A DNA stretch of 63,650 bases, counting the filler, from Aduncisulcus paluster (lineage: Eukaryota), in assembly GCA_024181965.1 (NCBI GenBank). It is 14 parts of 14 records of this genome, joined end to end, with 100 filler letters (N's around TTAATTAATTAA, not from the genome) between each part and the next. Parts side by side here need not be neighbours in the genome. Positions count along the whole stretch, not along the records: positions 28,617 to 41,605 come from BQXS01011532.1; positions 41,706 to 47,080 come from BQXS01011533.1; 12 more parts are not named here. One strand, written 5' to 3'. Numbering within the stretch: position 1 is the first letter of the stretch; each line of letters opens with the position of its first letter. The notes beneath the pieces were generated by a model. That model had not been told where the DNA came from and ran no database searches. It saw only the letters and a program-made list of their open reading frames with translations. The position numbers and the translations under genes are program-made. Of this stretch, positions 35,487 through 46,387 are shown piece after piece.

Positions 35487-38400
35487 TTATACAGCGTTCA
35501 GGACGATGCACAATCCAAGGAGGAGAGCAAAGAATAGAATAACAAAGTAACATCCAGCCTTATCATATCCGTCAATGAATTGTTTGCACCCTTCAATGTC
35601 TTCAGGGCATCCCTCAAAAGTACAGAAACTAACCATTCCATTATTTGAAGACTTTCTCAACGTTTCACAGAACCGAGTGTCATCTTCTGAATCGCTAGAC
35701 TCATCAAAAGTACACAAAAGATCCCCTAATGACCAGATGTGAGATATTTCGTACACGCTAAGCTCAATATCACATACTGTTTCATAGTCAAGGGTTGAAG
35801 AGGAAGAAGAGGAAGAATCTGTGATGTTTGAGGTACATAGATCTTCATCCGGATAGTCAGTGATGATCACAGCAAGAGTGTTTGTGTGGGTATCTTGGAA
35901 AAATAGGAACTCTGGGGTTACTTCATTGGAAGCAACACAGTCTGAGGATAGTTGACCACTTAGGAAAGGCTGAGTGATCGTTTCTCCGCCAATACTGAGA
36001 GATGTGGACTCGACGAGGGCATCTGTGTTCAAGTAATACTCAGATTGTATTGAACCAGAGTATGGGCAATAGACGTCGTGAGCAATGAACACATTATTAT
36101 CAAGAAGAGCATTCCCAACCCCCGGGGATAGATCAAAAATAAACTTTGATTCCCCATCCTCAACAGAACTGATTACTTTAGAGAATTGGATGCTGTGTGT
36201 GATAAATAGAACTTCACCACTCGAGGAGAGTATGTAGCACTCAATGTTGCTCTCAGCACAGACTGTCTCATTGAGAGCTTGATTCACAATGGTGGTCGTT
36301 ATCATTGACACTGAACTGTATCGAACAACTTCATTGAGCTGGGCTGAGGCATTTGTAGGGTTGTCAACCTCAACAATGATAGGACTAATGATCGTAAAGA
36401 CGGGAATGGCAGCGGGATAGATCATGAACAAAGAAGCAAATATGTAATCGGCATTAGAATACCCCATTCCCAGAGATTGTTGGAAGTATCCTCGTTCAGC
36501 AATATTCAGGGAATAGCCAAGTGGGGGATATAAATAGAAATAGAGGATAGAAAGGTATGGATCGATCAATCCGTTGGCATACACAACAGTCTTCTTGGCC
36601 TCTGAAGAACCATATTCATAGGTCCAATAGTAAGAATACATTGAAGCAAATCTCACGGATGCAAGCTCACCATCAGTTCCATATGTTTGAGATGAGGGAT
36701 CTCCATTGAAGTAATTGGAAATATCTTGGGCCAGTTCAACTGTAATTTCATCCTGAGATGTGATTCCTAACCGTTGCATCGTGGTCTCGTCCTCAAGGAA
36801 GAATTCAACACCATTGTAAACCATAGTATCAGATGCAAACAGAGTATAATCAGATGAAATGGCCTTGTATCCAAGCAAAGAGAGATCCTCATCATCAAGA
36901 TGGTCAACAGTACTGAACTCTGTCGGATAATAACATGCCTCTTTGCTTGTTAGAGGACTATATTCAGTTCCAGAGTAAGAAGAATCGTATTGAGTTGGGT
37001 AATTAGTATCACACACGTTCGTCATGATTGTGTCTGTGATGTCAATGACATCTCTTGAACCCAAGCTGACAACAAAAATGAACCCACTTTCTTCTCGAAA
37101 TGTCCAATGATACTCAACAGAAATGGGATATACAGAGGAAATATCGTTGTGAGTCTGTCGTAGAACAATAGCAGACACCACGCCATCATCGACATGGTCC
37201 TCAAGGATGGAATCAAGGATAAGCTCTGAGAAAGTGAGTGCGCCATCGTCGCAAGACGAACATGACAAAATAACTTCAAGTTCATCAATGGAAGCTGCTG
37301 TTGAACTCTTACCAGATGATGTCAAAGCAGAGTGAGCAAGCAATGCACCATCAATGTTAAACATCATATAGTATGAATATCTCTCCAACAAGAACATGTT
37401 ATCGAACACAGAGCCATACATGTTCATAATGTAGGACTCGTCAGTGCCATCGATATACACAGGATCCTGGTAGAGCGCTCTTTCTACCTGATTCAAGGCA
37501 ATGTAGGTCATAATATAGCCCACAATCTCCAGATCAGCATTAAACAGTGCTTTTGACACAGTCAGAGCAGAGTTACCAATGACAGGATCTCGGGTGGAAG
37601 AGAAAGCCATTGGCATGGCCGAAGTTAGAAACTCATGGTTAGTGGAACAGTTCTCAATATCGGCAGCATCAGACAACGAGCATCGAACATTGATGAAAGT
37701 CTTGAACAGGAAAGAGATATCAATCTTTCTAAGCTCACTTAACGTGTCCCTGACAACCGCTGACAATCCCAAGAGTTGACTCCACGCGATGATATCTTGG
37801 TCACACGTGGTGGAAGAGGAAAGACTTGAGCATAACGTTTCCCCGAATGTAAGATACTCGGAACCATATGCAGGGATATAGATAAGGCCTCCTTCAGAGG
37901 CTTCTTTGACGTCGATTCGTAGAACAGCACCTCTCATGTCACGGAAATTGGACATAATGGTGTCAATCTGAGAAACATTATGACGGAGAGCTGCAAGTTG
38001 GGTACGATCAGAGGAAATAAGGGATGGTTTCTTTGAAGTGGAGCTATTAATAGAATTCTGAGAAGAAGAATAAGACGTGGTTATTTCATAACCTCCATAT
38101 CCATCCAATAGCGCGCGCTGTGTATCTAAATATATCCACACCGGTAAAATTGGTGCGCCAGAAATAGATGCAAACTGTTTTTTCAGCCAGATGAGGAAAT
38201 ACGGGTGCGGAGTAGCTCCAAGACTCATAAATACAATGGACAGCGGTGATCCCTTTGCCAACGGTCTTGCGGATGCGTTCAAAGAATCTCTCTCAACCCT
38301 TGAAGCGTGAGATACAGTTGCTATCTTCTCAGTAAGGATGTCGGAGAGCATGATGGAAGGTTCGACTGCGGATCTGAGGAGTTTCATGGCAAGGGAAGTT

Positions 38401-39788
38401 GCTGAGAACATTGGATTGTTCTCTTCTGCATATGCAGCATTCGAGGAGGAAGAATCTTCCACAATATGCCCACTCGAAGTGAGCTCATCATACGTCAGAG
38501 TTCCAAAGTATTTCTTAACGTTAGAAATAAGTTTTGTTTGGGCCTCAACCGTCATCTTTGAGAGTCCACCGGTTCGTTTTGTGCTTGTGGCTTGACCATA
38601 ACATGTCTTTGCGGCAGTCGACGACTCCGGGAATAAGTGTCCACGCCATTCACCAGATGTGTCTACGACAGCCAGGTAAGTGTTCTCATCCAAAGAAGAG
38701 ATATATTCGCTCAGAGAGGCCAGAAGTCCTGTAAGTAGCTGAGAATAGGTTATCTGAGAAAGTATATAAGCCGAGGAAGAGGAGCTGGATGAATTGTTGT
38801 ATGTCGACAGAGTGGTGGCCAGTGCACTCTTTGAGAAAATATTACTTCCTAACTCATGAGAGAGCAGGGAGTACACAGTCTTATCAATGGTGGTATCGAG
38901 AACGATTACAACACCTCTGCGCAATCCAAATGAGTTGGCGGACAGAATACCAGGCTCATTCATGGGTTCTCTTGTCATGCGGTCCTTGATGGACACAGAT
39001 GTGTCCATAGATGTGGAGCCAGAGTAGATTCCAGGCCATGTGAATTCAAGACCACCGGAAGTGATTATACGTTGAAAACCAGTAAATTGATTGGTTATCT
39101 TCTCGTTATTTCCATTTGGGGAATTGAAACCGTTCAAAAAGGTCTTTAATCCGCCTAAAGTGGAATCATAGTCAGACGCGACAGTTTGTTCAATTGCACT
39201 TGCAAGAGCATACTCCTTTGTGATCAGAGACGATGACGATGTATTTATAGAACTTTGAGAAGAATTATAAGAATGGGGAATGAAAAAACTCATGCTTTCA
39301 TATGTCATTTGGTACCATTCATCAGAAGTGCCAATAAATTGTTCTGGAATATCTTCCCGGGAAATCGTTTGAACATCCGAATCAAAAGGGAGGGTAGAAT
39401 CGGCGGCAAAGGAAGATAGATCAATTGAATTGGTTTCTTCATTAAGAGAAGTTATTTGATGCAGGGAGGTTGAAATAGCATCAGCAATAGTGGAAGTATA
39501 TGTTTCCGCGTCTTCAATGACATCTTCGAGAAATTCTCCAACTGAATCAATGAGAGAATTGGCGTATGGGGCTCTATCGATGGAGGGAGCTGTAGATAGA
39601 TACACAGTCTTGAAAGAATCTGTAGGAACGGCAGTTTCAGCAATAGAATCTGTGAAAAAAAGAAATGTATCCAAAAAGGAACTCATCTTATCATCACTTG
39701 TGAGAGCATACGCGGTGGAAACAATTGCGGCAACAAAAAGAGAAATATAAAAAATAAAGAACGAAAAATAGTTGGAAGTACCTTGCAT
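35487..39788 (-). CDS. Alpha2delta/CACHD1-like VWA + Cache domain membrane-anchored protein
   Basis: Signal-like N-terminus (FFIFYISLFVAAIVSTAYA) and VWA start GVVIVLDTT. Cache-like motifs RDPVIGNSALTVSKALF...IVGYI, YYMMFNIDGALLAH, NIAERGYFQQS and ECYILSSSGEVLF. Cys-rich end and hydrophobic C-terminus. Confidence 0.75.
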   Translation of the reverse strand: MQGTSNYFSFFIFYISLFVAAIVSTAYALTSDDKMSSFLDTFLFFTDSIAETAVPTDSFKTVYLSTAPSIDRAPYANSLIDSVGEFLEDVIEDAETYTSTIADAISTSLHQITSLNEETNSIDLSSFAADSTLPFDSDVQTISREDIPEQFIGTSDEWYQMTYESMSFFIPHSYNSSQSSINTSSSSLITKEYALASAIEQTVASDYDSTLGGLKTFLNGFNSPNGNNEKITNQFTGFQRIITSGGLEFTWPGIYSGSTSMDTSVSIKDRMTREPMNEPGILSANSFGLRRGVVIVLDTTIDKTVYSLLSHELGSNIFSKSALATTLSTYNNSSSSSSSAYILSQITYSQLLTGLLASLSEYISSLDENTYLAVVDTSGEWRGHLFPESSTAAKTCYGQATSTKRTGGLSKMTVEAQTKLISNVKKYFGTLTYDELTSSGHIVEDSSSSNAAYAEENNPMFSATSLAMKLLRSAVEPSIMLSDILTEKIATVSHASRVERDSLNASARPLAKGSPLSIVFMSLGATPHPYFLIWLKKQFASISGAPILPVWIYLDTQRALLDGYGGYEITTSYSSSQNSINSSTSKKPSLISSDRTQLAALRHNVSQIDTIMSNFRDMRGAVLRIDVKEASEGGLIYIPAYGSEYLTFGETLCSSLSSSTTCDQDIIAWSQLLGLSAVVRDTLSELRKIDISFLFKTFINVRCSLSDAADIENCSTNHEFLTSAMPMAFSSTRDPVIGNSALTVSKALFNADLEIVGYIMTYIALNQVERALYQDPVYIDGTDESYIMNMYGSVFDNMFLLERYSYYMMFNIDGALLAHSALTSSGKSSTAASIDELEVILSCSSCDDGALTFSELILDSILEDHVDDGVVSAIVLRQTHNDISSVYPISVEYHWTFREESGFIFVVSLGSRDVIDITDTIMTNVCDTNYPTQYDSSYSGTEYSPLTSKEACYYPTEFSTVDHLDDEDLSLLGYKAISSDYTLFASDTMVYNGVEFFLEDETTMQRLGITSQDEITVELAQDISNYFNGDPSSQTYGTDGELASVRFASMYSYYWTYEYGSSEAKKTVVYANGLIDPYLSILYFYLYPPLGYSLNIAERGYFQQSLGMGYSNADYIFASLFMIYPAAIPVFTIISPIIVEVDNPTNASAQLNEVVRYSSVSMITTTIVNQALNETVCAESNIECYILSSSGEVLFITHSIQFSKVISSVEDGESKFIFDLSPGVGNALLDNNVFIAHDVYCPYSGSIQSEYYLNTDALVESTSLSIGGETITQPFLSGQLSSDCVASNEVTPEFLFFQDTHTNTLAVIITDYPDEDLCTSNITDSSSSSSSTLDYETVCDIELSVYEISHIWSLGDLLCTFDESSDSEDDTRFCETLRKSSNNGMVSFCTFEGCPEDIEGCKQFIDGYDKAGCYFVILFFALLLGLCIVLNAV

Positions 39789-40072
39789 TGCACACAAAAA
39801 TGGGAAAAAAACTGTTACTATCCAGATAGCAAGCAAATTGAACTAAAATTGATGATCTCTTGAATTTACGAATATTATCCACAATTTCCGGACAAAGATG
39901 TTAATATTCCTACTATTTATTATTTGTGACTATAAATTTAAACATATATCAAAACTTTTATAATAGAACCGACAATCAGACCATACAGGATAATATAGGG
40001 CAATAATTCTTCAAATGCCCCATATTATATAGTTATATGGGTGCATATATTACCAATATTATATTATTATCC

Positions 40073-41605
40073 TCACCATATTTCAGGAATTACCCCCAAT
40101 TCATCATCATCACTTTCTTCTCTTTTCCACTCAACCTTTTCTTCTCCAATACTTCCACCAGCTCCATCCCATACAAGATATATAGGAGATATATACTGAC
40201 TGGATCTAGGCAAAGGACATGGGGAAAAAGGGAAGAAGAGAGAAAAAGTATATTCCGGCGAAGTGCATGATTGGTTTCCTGATTGTCCACCCAGTCCAAT
40301 CAAGCTGGATGAAAGAGCTTCAGGCCCCCTCTCTTCATCATCTATTCCAATTCCTGCCATGAACTTCATCTTATTCCACACAGATTCTTTCCTTCTCTCC
40401 TCTTCCCTTCTCTGTGATATTACGTGTCCAATGTCACACACGTCATATCGGTGAAGAAGCTTGGCAAACTCGGAGACGACATCAAGTTGCACAATATCCA
40501 AGGATCTCAAGCCACACCCGAACACACACATACATGCATCAGCATCATCCCCAAAGTACAGCAGCTGTCCATCTTCGACAAAATCTCTCCAGCGAAAGCA
40601 TATGATGTACATGATCATGCACACGCAACAATAGTAGATGGGACGTCTCGAGAGATATGAAGCGCGGGAAGACATCGATAGGGGACCCGAGTGTACGAAG
40701 CCAGAGATAGCATCTTCTAGAGCCTCCATCTTATCGCCATCACTTGAGAGAATCCTTACCTGAGCCGCTGTGAATATGTCGATGGCTGCACTGCCCTGTG
40801 CTTGCTGCTTGTGCCTCATATCCCACATTCCACGCACATAAGTCTTGCACCACCGAATGAGGAGACCAATGCACTCCTTCAGTAAGGTCACAGGGGAGAA
40901 CATGGAACGTGAAAGGAAGGAGGCAAGGTATGAAGCAGCAACGATACGGATACCAGTGTCTGATGAAGATGTCACAGAACTAGATGAAGCAAAGGGAAGA
41001 AGAAGAGGAAGAGGAGGAAGAGGAGGAGGAAGTTGAACCTGAAGTTAAAAATAGTCTGAGAAAGTGAGAAGTTAGTTTCCTTGAGAAAGATGGGTGCAAG
41101 GATGATATGAAGAAGAGTAAGAATGGTGTGTAAGCGAGGGAAGGAGAGTGCAAGAGCAATGAAGACACAGATAGAATAGACTTGAATAGAGAGGCTAGGG
41201 GCTGGGATGGAGGCGTGGATGAAGTGGATGAAAGATGGGGGAAAGAGGTTGAACGAGGCATGGATATGCCACTGCTGGCCATTCCAGACAACGAGGGTGA
41301 GGAGGAGTACGATGGAGTGTCGCTGGTACTAAGACGAGCAAATGCAGCAGCTACAACGGTTGCAGCAGGGATTGGTGCACTGGAAAGTGATGGAGATGAT
41401 CGAGCACTCGTGATAATTGATCCACCTCTGCTCTCTGACTTTGCACACGATACATTCAACATCATGTCAAACATTCCTGATAAGTAAACATCCATGATCT
41501 CAAGGGTCTGCTGAGACTTCTTGTACGCAAGGGATGGCATGGAGGAGGAGGAGGAGGAGGAGAAGGGCTGGCCTAGACTCCCAGCACTGAGCACAGAGCC
41601 AAGGT
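40073..41605 (-). CDS. RRN3: RNA polymerase I initiation factor RRN3 (TIF-IA), 5'-partial, with a frameshift near 40990-41030
   Basis: RIVAASYLASFLSRS...LLKECIGLLIRWCKTY, YYCCVCMIMYIICFRWRD and FFPFSPCPLPRSSQYISPIYLVW match RRN3 C-terminal blocks. The upstream ORF carries AYTPFLLFFISSL...F. Confidence 0.85.
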
Positions 41606-42075
41606 NNNNNNNNNNNNNNNNNNNNNNNNNNNNNNNNNNNNNNNNNNNNTTAATTAATTAANNNNNNNNNNNNNNNNNNNNNNNNNNNNNNNNNNNNNNN
41701 NNNNNATAATCACACAAATTTGGGCAAACGCAACCCAGGTGCCGATATGAAAGAAATAAATTGGACATACAATTTAGTGGGAAAATGCTTAGGATTCAAA
41801 ACTTCTTGGATTTCCCTTTCAATTTCACCAATCTTGTCAAGCAATTCTATATTCATTATGAAGGGGAAAAATCTTTAATAAGTTTCGAATATGTTTAAAA
41901 TCACAAAGAAAGAGACGTTTTGATTTTGAATCACGATCCAAAGGCGAATACACCATTATAAATTAGATAATTATATTCCTTTATTCATTTTTAAACATAA
42001 TATCATATTTGATGGACGATTTCATTTTCCACTAAGATGGAAGATTCTTTTCCTTTATATTGATGGATTCGATTG

Positions 42076-45000
42076 ATGTATATATCATTAGCATCATGTT
42101 ATAGTGCTAAAACAAGCTTGAATACAAGTGGAATTGTATTATATTCGTCAATTCCTTCTAGAATTACGGCTAAAACTGATTTTTTCTGTACTGTTGGAAT
42201 TGTTGATGATTCAATCCCTTTTCATACTCCAATTCGATTATCTATTTTTATATCACCCACTAAAGATGCTATTCCTTTCCATTCTCTCCCTCCACCGCCT
42301 GGATCAGTTCTATTGTTGAAAAATGTCACTAGCAAACATTCAGGAGAGGGAAGAATCTTTTTAGGCACAACCAAATCGTCTAAGATCATGGTTTTCCCCG
42401 GACAGATTGATAAATCCTCCTGGTCTTATCTAGATGATGAAGCTGTCCAAAAATGTTTGTTAGTTCGCCGTGTATTATTTAGATTTGATAAAATGCCGAT
42501 AATTTCATCTTTATTGGTCGATAAAAAATATATAAATATTGGAGATAAATATTCTACCCTATTCCCGAAATATTCTTTTTCTGATTCAGTACTAAAGTCA
42601 TTTTTAATACATAGTTCCTTTTCTCGTGTTTTTCAATCATGTACTATATCTCAATTAATACCTTTACTCTCTATACCCAAATCTTTAGAATCCATGTATG
42701 AAAGTATGGTTCTCGCTCCTTCTAGAGGATTATTTGAGGAAATATTTCAAAAATCTGAAGAATCTCAGGATTTAACTCTTCGAACAATCCCGGATCCCAT
42801 CGTTATTTCCTCTTCTTATCCATTTTCATTAACACCTCCAATAATCTCTACATGCCCGTCATTCTTTCATCCATTATCCTTCGGAGCAGTTTCTCCAATT
42901 CCATATATGCCTTCCTCGGCCACAAATGCCCCAATTCCGACTTGTACTCTCGTTGGTAAAATTGTGGGATATAGAGTTGTGTCCGAGGCCATTCCGTCTG
43001 TCGATTCGTCAATTCCAGCTGGAAAAAGCGATCAAGATGATTCTAGAAAATATTCTAAATCGATTCCAAACATTGTGAAACGAAGATTTTTGTTTTTTGA
43101 CGATGGGACTTCTCTCCCCTCGCTTTGTATTCGTCCCCATCGAATTGAATACCCTCTATGGAAACTATGGTGTGACAGAGATCAGGATAAATGGTTAAAT
43201 CACAATGCCATTGTTCTTGGCATATTGGGAGAGGTATCTGCTGAATTACTTGCTGAGAAAGACAAAGAGGAGGAAATGAAACTTGGAAAACGACGCACTC
43301 TTGCCCGTTCTGATTCTCTATTCTCTGGAGATTCGTCAAGCATGACGATTCCTTCCTTCTCAGCCTCCCCTCGTGCTGCCAGTGAAGCCGGTGTCACTTT
43401 TGATAGCGGGGATCAAAAGGGGGAATATCATTTCGTCGAAAACGCTACGACAACTCAGGAAAACCCTCTAGATGCGACTGAAACACATGCAAACGCTTCT
43501 TGGAATGACACATCTAGTTCTTCTGGAATTCCAAAGGAATGTGTGATCGGATGCAATGGTGAGTGTTATGATCTTTTTGAGGAAGTATTTTCATATAAAT
43601 CCCATGATTTCTCCTTCCATCCAATTCCTGAAGCTCCCCGTACAATGTCTCAGCTCTCGAGATACCCCCATGATCGAATGGTTGGTAATTCTCTTGTCCA
43701 CCCGTTGCTTTCACCTTCTAACCGTGTGTGTGGCTCCATCAGTGGGTGTGTTGGGATATGTGTTGATGATGAGGGGTTGTGTTGTGGAAACATTGGTGGA
43801 ACGTGTGATTTCCTTGCCAATATGGATAAGAAGAAAGAGTACGTCGCTGCAATCGAAAAGGAAATGGAATTGGATGAGAAACATCGGATTAAACAACGAT
43901 TGGCAAGGCAAAAGAGGAGAATTGATGAGTCTGAACGGTATAGAGTGGATGAAGAGTTGGAAGAAGGTGGAGAAAAAACATCTGTTGAAACTCAATCCTC
44001 AAGTCAGCCTTCTCAACCATTGCATGCTTTATCCCATTTGTTCCAAATATCAGGTGTTGAAACACAGTTTGTCAATTCTGCTATTCTTTTCCAGCAATCT
44101 CTGTCATCATTACAGCAATATTTCTCCCATGAAAATGTTGCTCGTCGAAATCCTTCCCAAACATCGCATTTAATCAAGGTTTTGGCAAGGCAAAAGAGGA
44201 GAATTGATGAGTCTGAACGGTATAGAGTGGATGAAGAGTTGGAAGAAGGTGGAGAAAAAACATCTGTTGAAACTCAATCCTCAAGTCAGCCTTCTCAACC
44301 ATTGCATGCTTTATCCCATTTGTTCCAAATATCAGGTGTTGAAACACAGTTTGTCAATTCTGCTATTCTTTTCCAGCAATCTCTGTCATCATTACAGCAA
44401 TATTTCTCCCATGAAAATGTTGCTCGTCGAAATCCTTCCCAAAAGGAAATGGAATTGGATGAGAAACATCGGATTAAACAACGATTGGCAAGGCAAAAGA
44501 GGAGAATTGATGAGTCTGAACGGTATAGAGTGGATGAAGAGTTGGAAGAAGGTGGAGAAAAAACATCTGTTGAAACTCAATCCTCAAGTCAGCCTTCTCA
44601 ACCATTGCATGCTTTATCCCATTTGTTCCAAATATCAGGTGTTGAAACACAGTTTGTCAATTCTGCTATTCTTTTCCAGCAATCTCTGTCATCATTACAG
44701 CAATATTTCTCCCATGAAAATGTTGCTCGTCGAAATCCTTCCCAAACATCGCATTTAATCAAGGTTTTGGCATCGATTCCGCCTTTAGTCCATACAAATA
44801 ATGGTCTTCTTCCCATTTGTGGCGTTAGAATATACACTTCTCTTCGAATGACTCGACATAGTAGAATCCGAGCTCTTGGTTCTTGCGTCAGTGATGCTGT
44901 TTGTGCGTATGGGAAATTGAAAGAATATGAAGAAATGGAAGATTGGATAGATGGGAGTGGATTTGTGGAACTTCTTGGCGTGGGAAAGGATTCTTCAACA

Positions 45001-45450
45001 GCTCCTTCTTTTTCCTCCAGCACATTTTTATCCATCTCTTCTGTACGATCTTTCACGCTCTCTCAGCCAACTGAGGCTGTTCCTTGCATCAAAGTTACCC
45101 CCGTGAGTGCGTGTACATTTGCTAAGATATCTCAGGGAGGCCAGAATGTCCGTATGATGGCGAGAGTATGGGTGGAAGATTGCACTGGTTGTTGTTTGTG
45201 TTTGCTTGAGCCACGGCACATATGTATTTTGTATGGATTGCCCGAATCATTCATTGAAAAGCTCCAGGATTCGTGTAGAAGGCGAGGATTCTCACTTGAG
45301 GAGTCGATCGAAGCCTATAACAAGGTATGTCGAGGGTTAAAATATGCCAATAAGTTCTTTGTGATGCGTGGAAGATGTCACAAGATGATTGGAATCATCG
45401 AGAGTGTTTCTTTATTCTCTGAGCCTGAATTGTCAGAAAGAGGAGAATAG
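42076..45450 (+). CDS. POT1: POT1/TEBP-alpha-like telomeric ssDNA-binding OB-fold protein
   Basis: OB1: LNTSGIVLYSSIPSRITAKTDFFCTVGIVDDS...GSVLLLKNV (compare VNVYGVV...KGTDYCSVVTIVDQT...GDIVRFHRL). OB2-like: TCTLVGKIVG...FLFFDDGT. C-terminal OB-like: MMARVWVEDCTG (compare MTFTLDDGTG). Confidence 0.7.
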   Translation: MYISLASCYSAKTSLNTSGIVLYSSIPSRITAKTDFFCTVGIVDDSIPFHTPIRLSIFISPTKDAIPFHSLPPPPGSVLLLKNVTSKHSGEGRIFLGTTKSSKIMVFPGQIDKSSWSYLDDEAVQKCLLVRRVLFRFDKMPIISSLLVDKKYINIGDKYSTLFPKYSFSDSVLKSFLIHSSFSRVFQSCTISQLIPLLSIPKSLESMYESMVLAPSRGLFEEIFQKSEESQDLTLRTIPDPIVISSSYPFSLTPPIISTCPSFFHPLSFGAVSPIPYMPSSATNAPIPTCTLVGKIVGYRVVSEAIPSVDSSIPAGKSDQDDSRKYSKSIPNIVKRRFLFFDDGTSLPSLCIRPHRIEYPLWKLWCDRDQDKWLNHNAIVLGILGEVSAELLAEKDKEEEMKLGKRRTLARSDSLFSGDSSSMTIPSFSASPRAASEAGVTFDSGDQKGEYHFVENATTTQENPLDATETHANASWNDTSSSSGIPKECVIGCNGECYDLFEEVFSYKSHDFSFHPIPEAPRTMSQLSRYPHDRMVGNSLVHPLLSPSNRVCGSISGCVGICVDDEGLCCGNIGGTCDFLANMDKKKEYVAAIEKEMELDEKHRIKQRLARQKRRIDESERYRVDEELEEGGEKTSVETQSSSQPSQPLHALSHLFQISGVETQFVNSAILFQQSLSSLQQYFSHENVARRNPSQTSHLIKVLARQKRRIDESERYRVDEELEEGGEKTSVETQSSSQPSQPLHALSHLFQISGVETQFVNSAILFQQSLSSLQQYFSHENVARRNPSQKEMELDEKHRIKQRLARQKRRIDESERYRVDEELEEGGEKTSVETQSSSQPSQPLHALSHLFQISGVETQFVNSAILFQQSLSSLQQYFSHENVARRNPSQTSHLIKVLASIPPLVHTNNGLLPICGVRIYTSLRMTRHSRIRALGSCVSDAVCAYGKLKEYEEMEDWIDGSGFVELLGVGKDSSTAPSFSSSTFLSISSVRSFTLSQPTEAVPCIKVTPVSACTFAKISQGGQNVRMMARVWVEDCTGCCLCLLEPRHICILYGLPESFIEKLQDSCRRRGFSLEESIEAYNKVCRGLKYANKFFVMRGRCHKMIGIIESVSLFSEPELSERGE
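43858..44772 (+). repeat. Exact in-frame triplication inside POT1-like ORF (probable assembly artefact)
   Basis: The block starting TTGGCAAGGCAAAAGAGG occurs at 43900, 44182 and 44485. Removing 585 nt leaves one copy and a protein of about 930 aa. Confidence 0.85.
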
Positions 45451-46361
45451 GTTTATTCATATATATATTATATATTCCATTTTTTGGTTATTTATTCAAT
45501 GTTTAGAGTGAATATTTTGTGCTTATTTCAAAAATTACTATGATATGCATATCATATTATGATGTGGTCTGAAAATCATTATGAGCCTTTCATCAGGAAT
45601 TTGGGAGATCAAAGGAGAACGTGAAAAATTTTCACTGAAAATCCAATCTCATTCGAAGCAACATTTTTACTTGAAAGAAAACCAATGATAGTAATAATTG
45701 GACTCCAATATTTGAATAATAGCAGAATTAGAAATAATTGAAATAATATCAAATGTTCAAAAATAATATAAAAGTGATTGGATATTCTTGCTCCAATCGT
45801 AAAAATAATTAATTTATAATAAAATTAAAGAACCGGAGGATGCGCAAAATGCATCGACGTCTAGAAATTCTAAAAATAGAGGAGATGTTTAAATATCTAT
45901 GGCATATATCACAATATAAGAAGGGAATAGAATGCGCAGGAAGTTCGTACAGAAGGGGATACAAGAATGCCGGAAAAGTGTTGTGCAATTAAGACTTGAC
46001 CTGAAGGGAAAAGAGAAATAAAATTGTTTAAAAAAATATTATAAATAATACAGAATTAAATTAAAGTAATATCATAATATTTATCACATTTATAAAATCA
46101 TATTTATAACAATAGAACGGATTGAAATGATCACGTATGCCAATCTTATAATAATAATAAAAAAAAAAATATATAATAAAAAAACTGAGATTCAGAAACT
46201 ATCAAATGAGAAATTACAAAGTATCAATAAATACAGAAATAAAAGGAAACAATTAAGGATACAAGAAAGCATTGAAAGAGGAAAATAATAATATTATAGA
46301 TTATAAAAAATAAAAAAAAAGGGAGGGGGTGGGGTAAAGTTAAAAAAAGGGGGTGATATTT

Positions 46362-46387
46362 CTAAAAATAGAGATTTCTAAAAATAG
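46362..46387 (+). promoter_or_regulatory. Second tandem pair of CTAAAAATAG elements
   Basis: Exact copies at 46362-46371 and 46378-46387, with a single copy at 45870-45879. Confidence 0.4.

Noticed and set aside
40976-41035. Programmed frameshift or intron in RRN3
   Set aside because: The shift lies in a TCC/TCT microsatellite and the local GT...AG does not restore the frame. An indel error is simpler.
43858-44772. Real repeat domain within POT1
   Set aside because: The copies appear base-identical and join at short microhomologies, like other artefacts here (19626-20213, 22372-22705, 25444-26182, 30556-31153). Read depth would settle it.
28617-45450. TERT, POT1 (and Pol delta) as a physically linked telomere gene cluster
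   Set aside because: They are separated by artificial linkers at 41606 and 47081. Adjacency reflects contig concatenation only.
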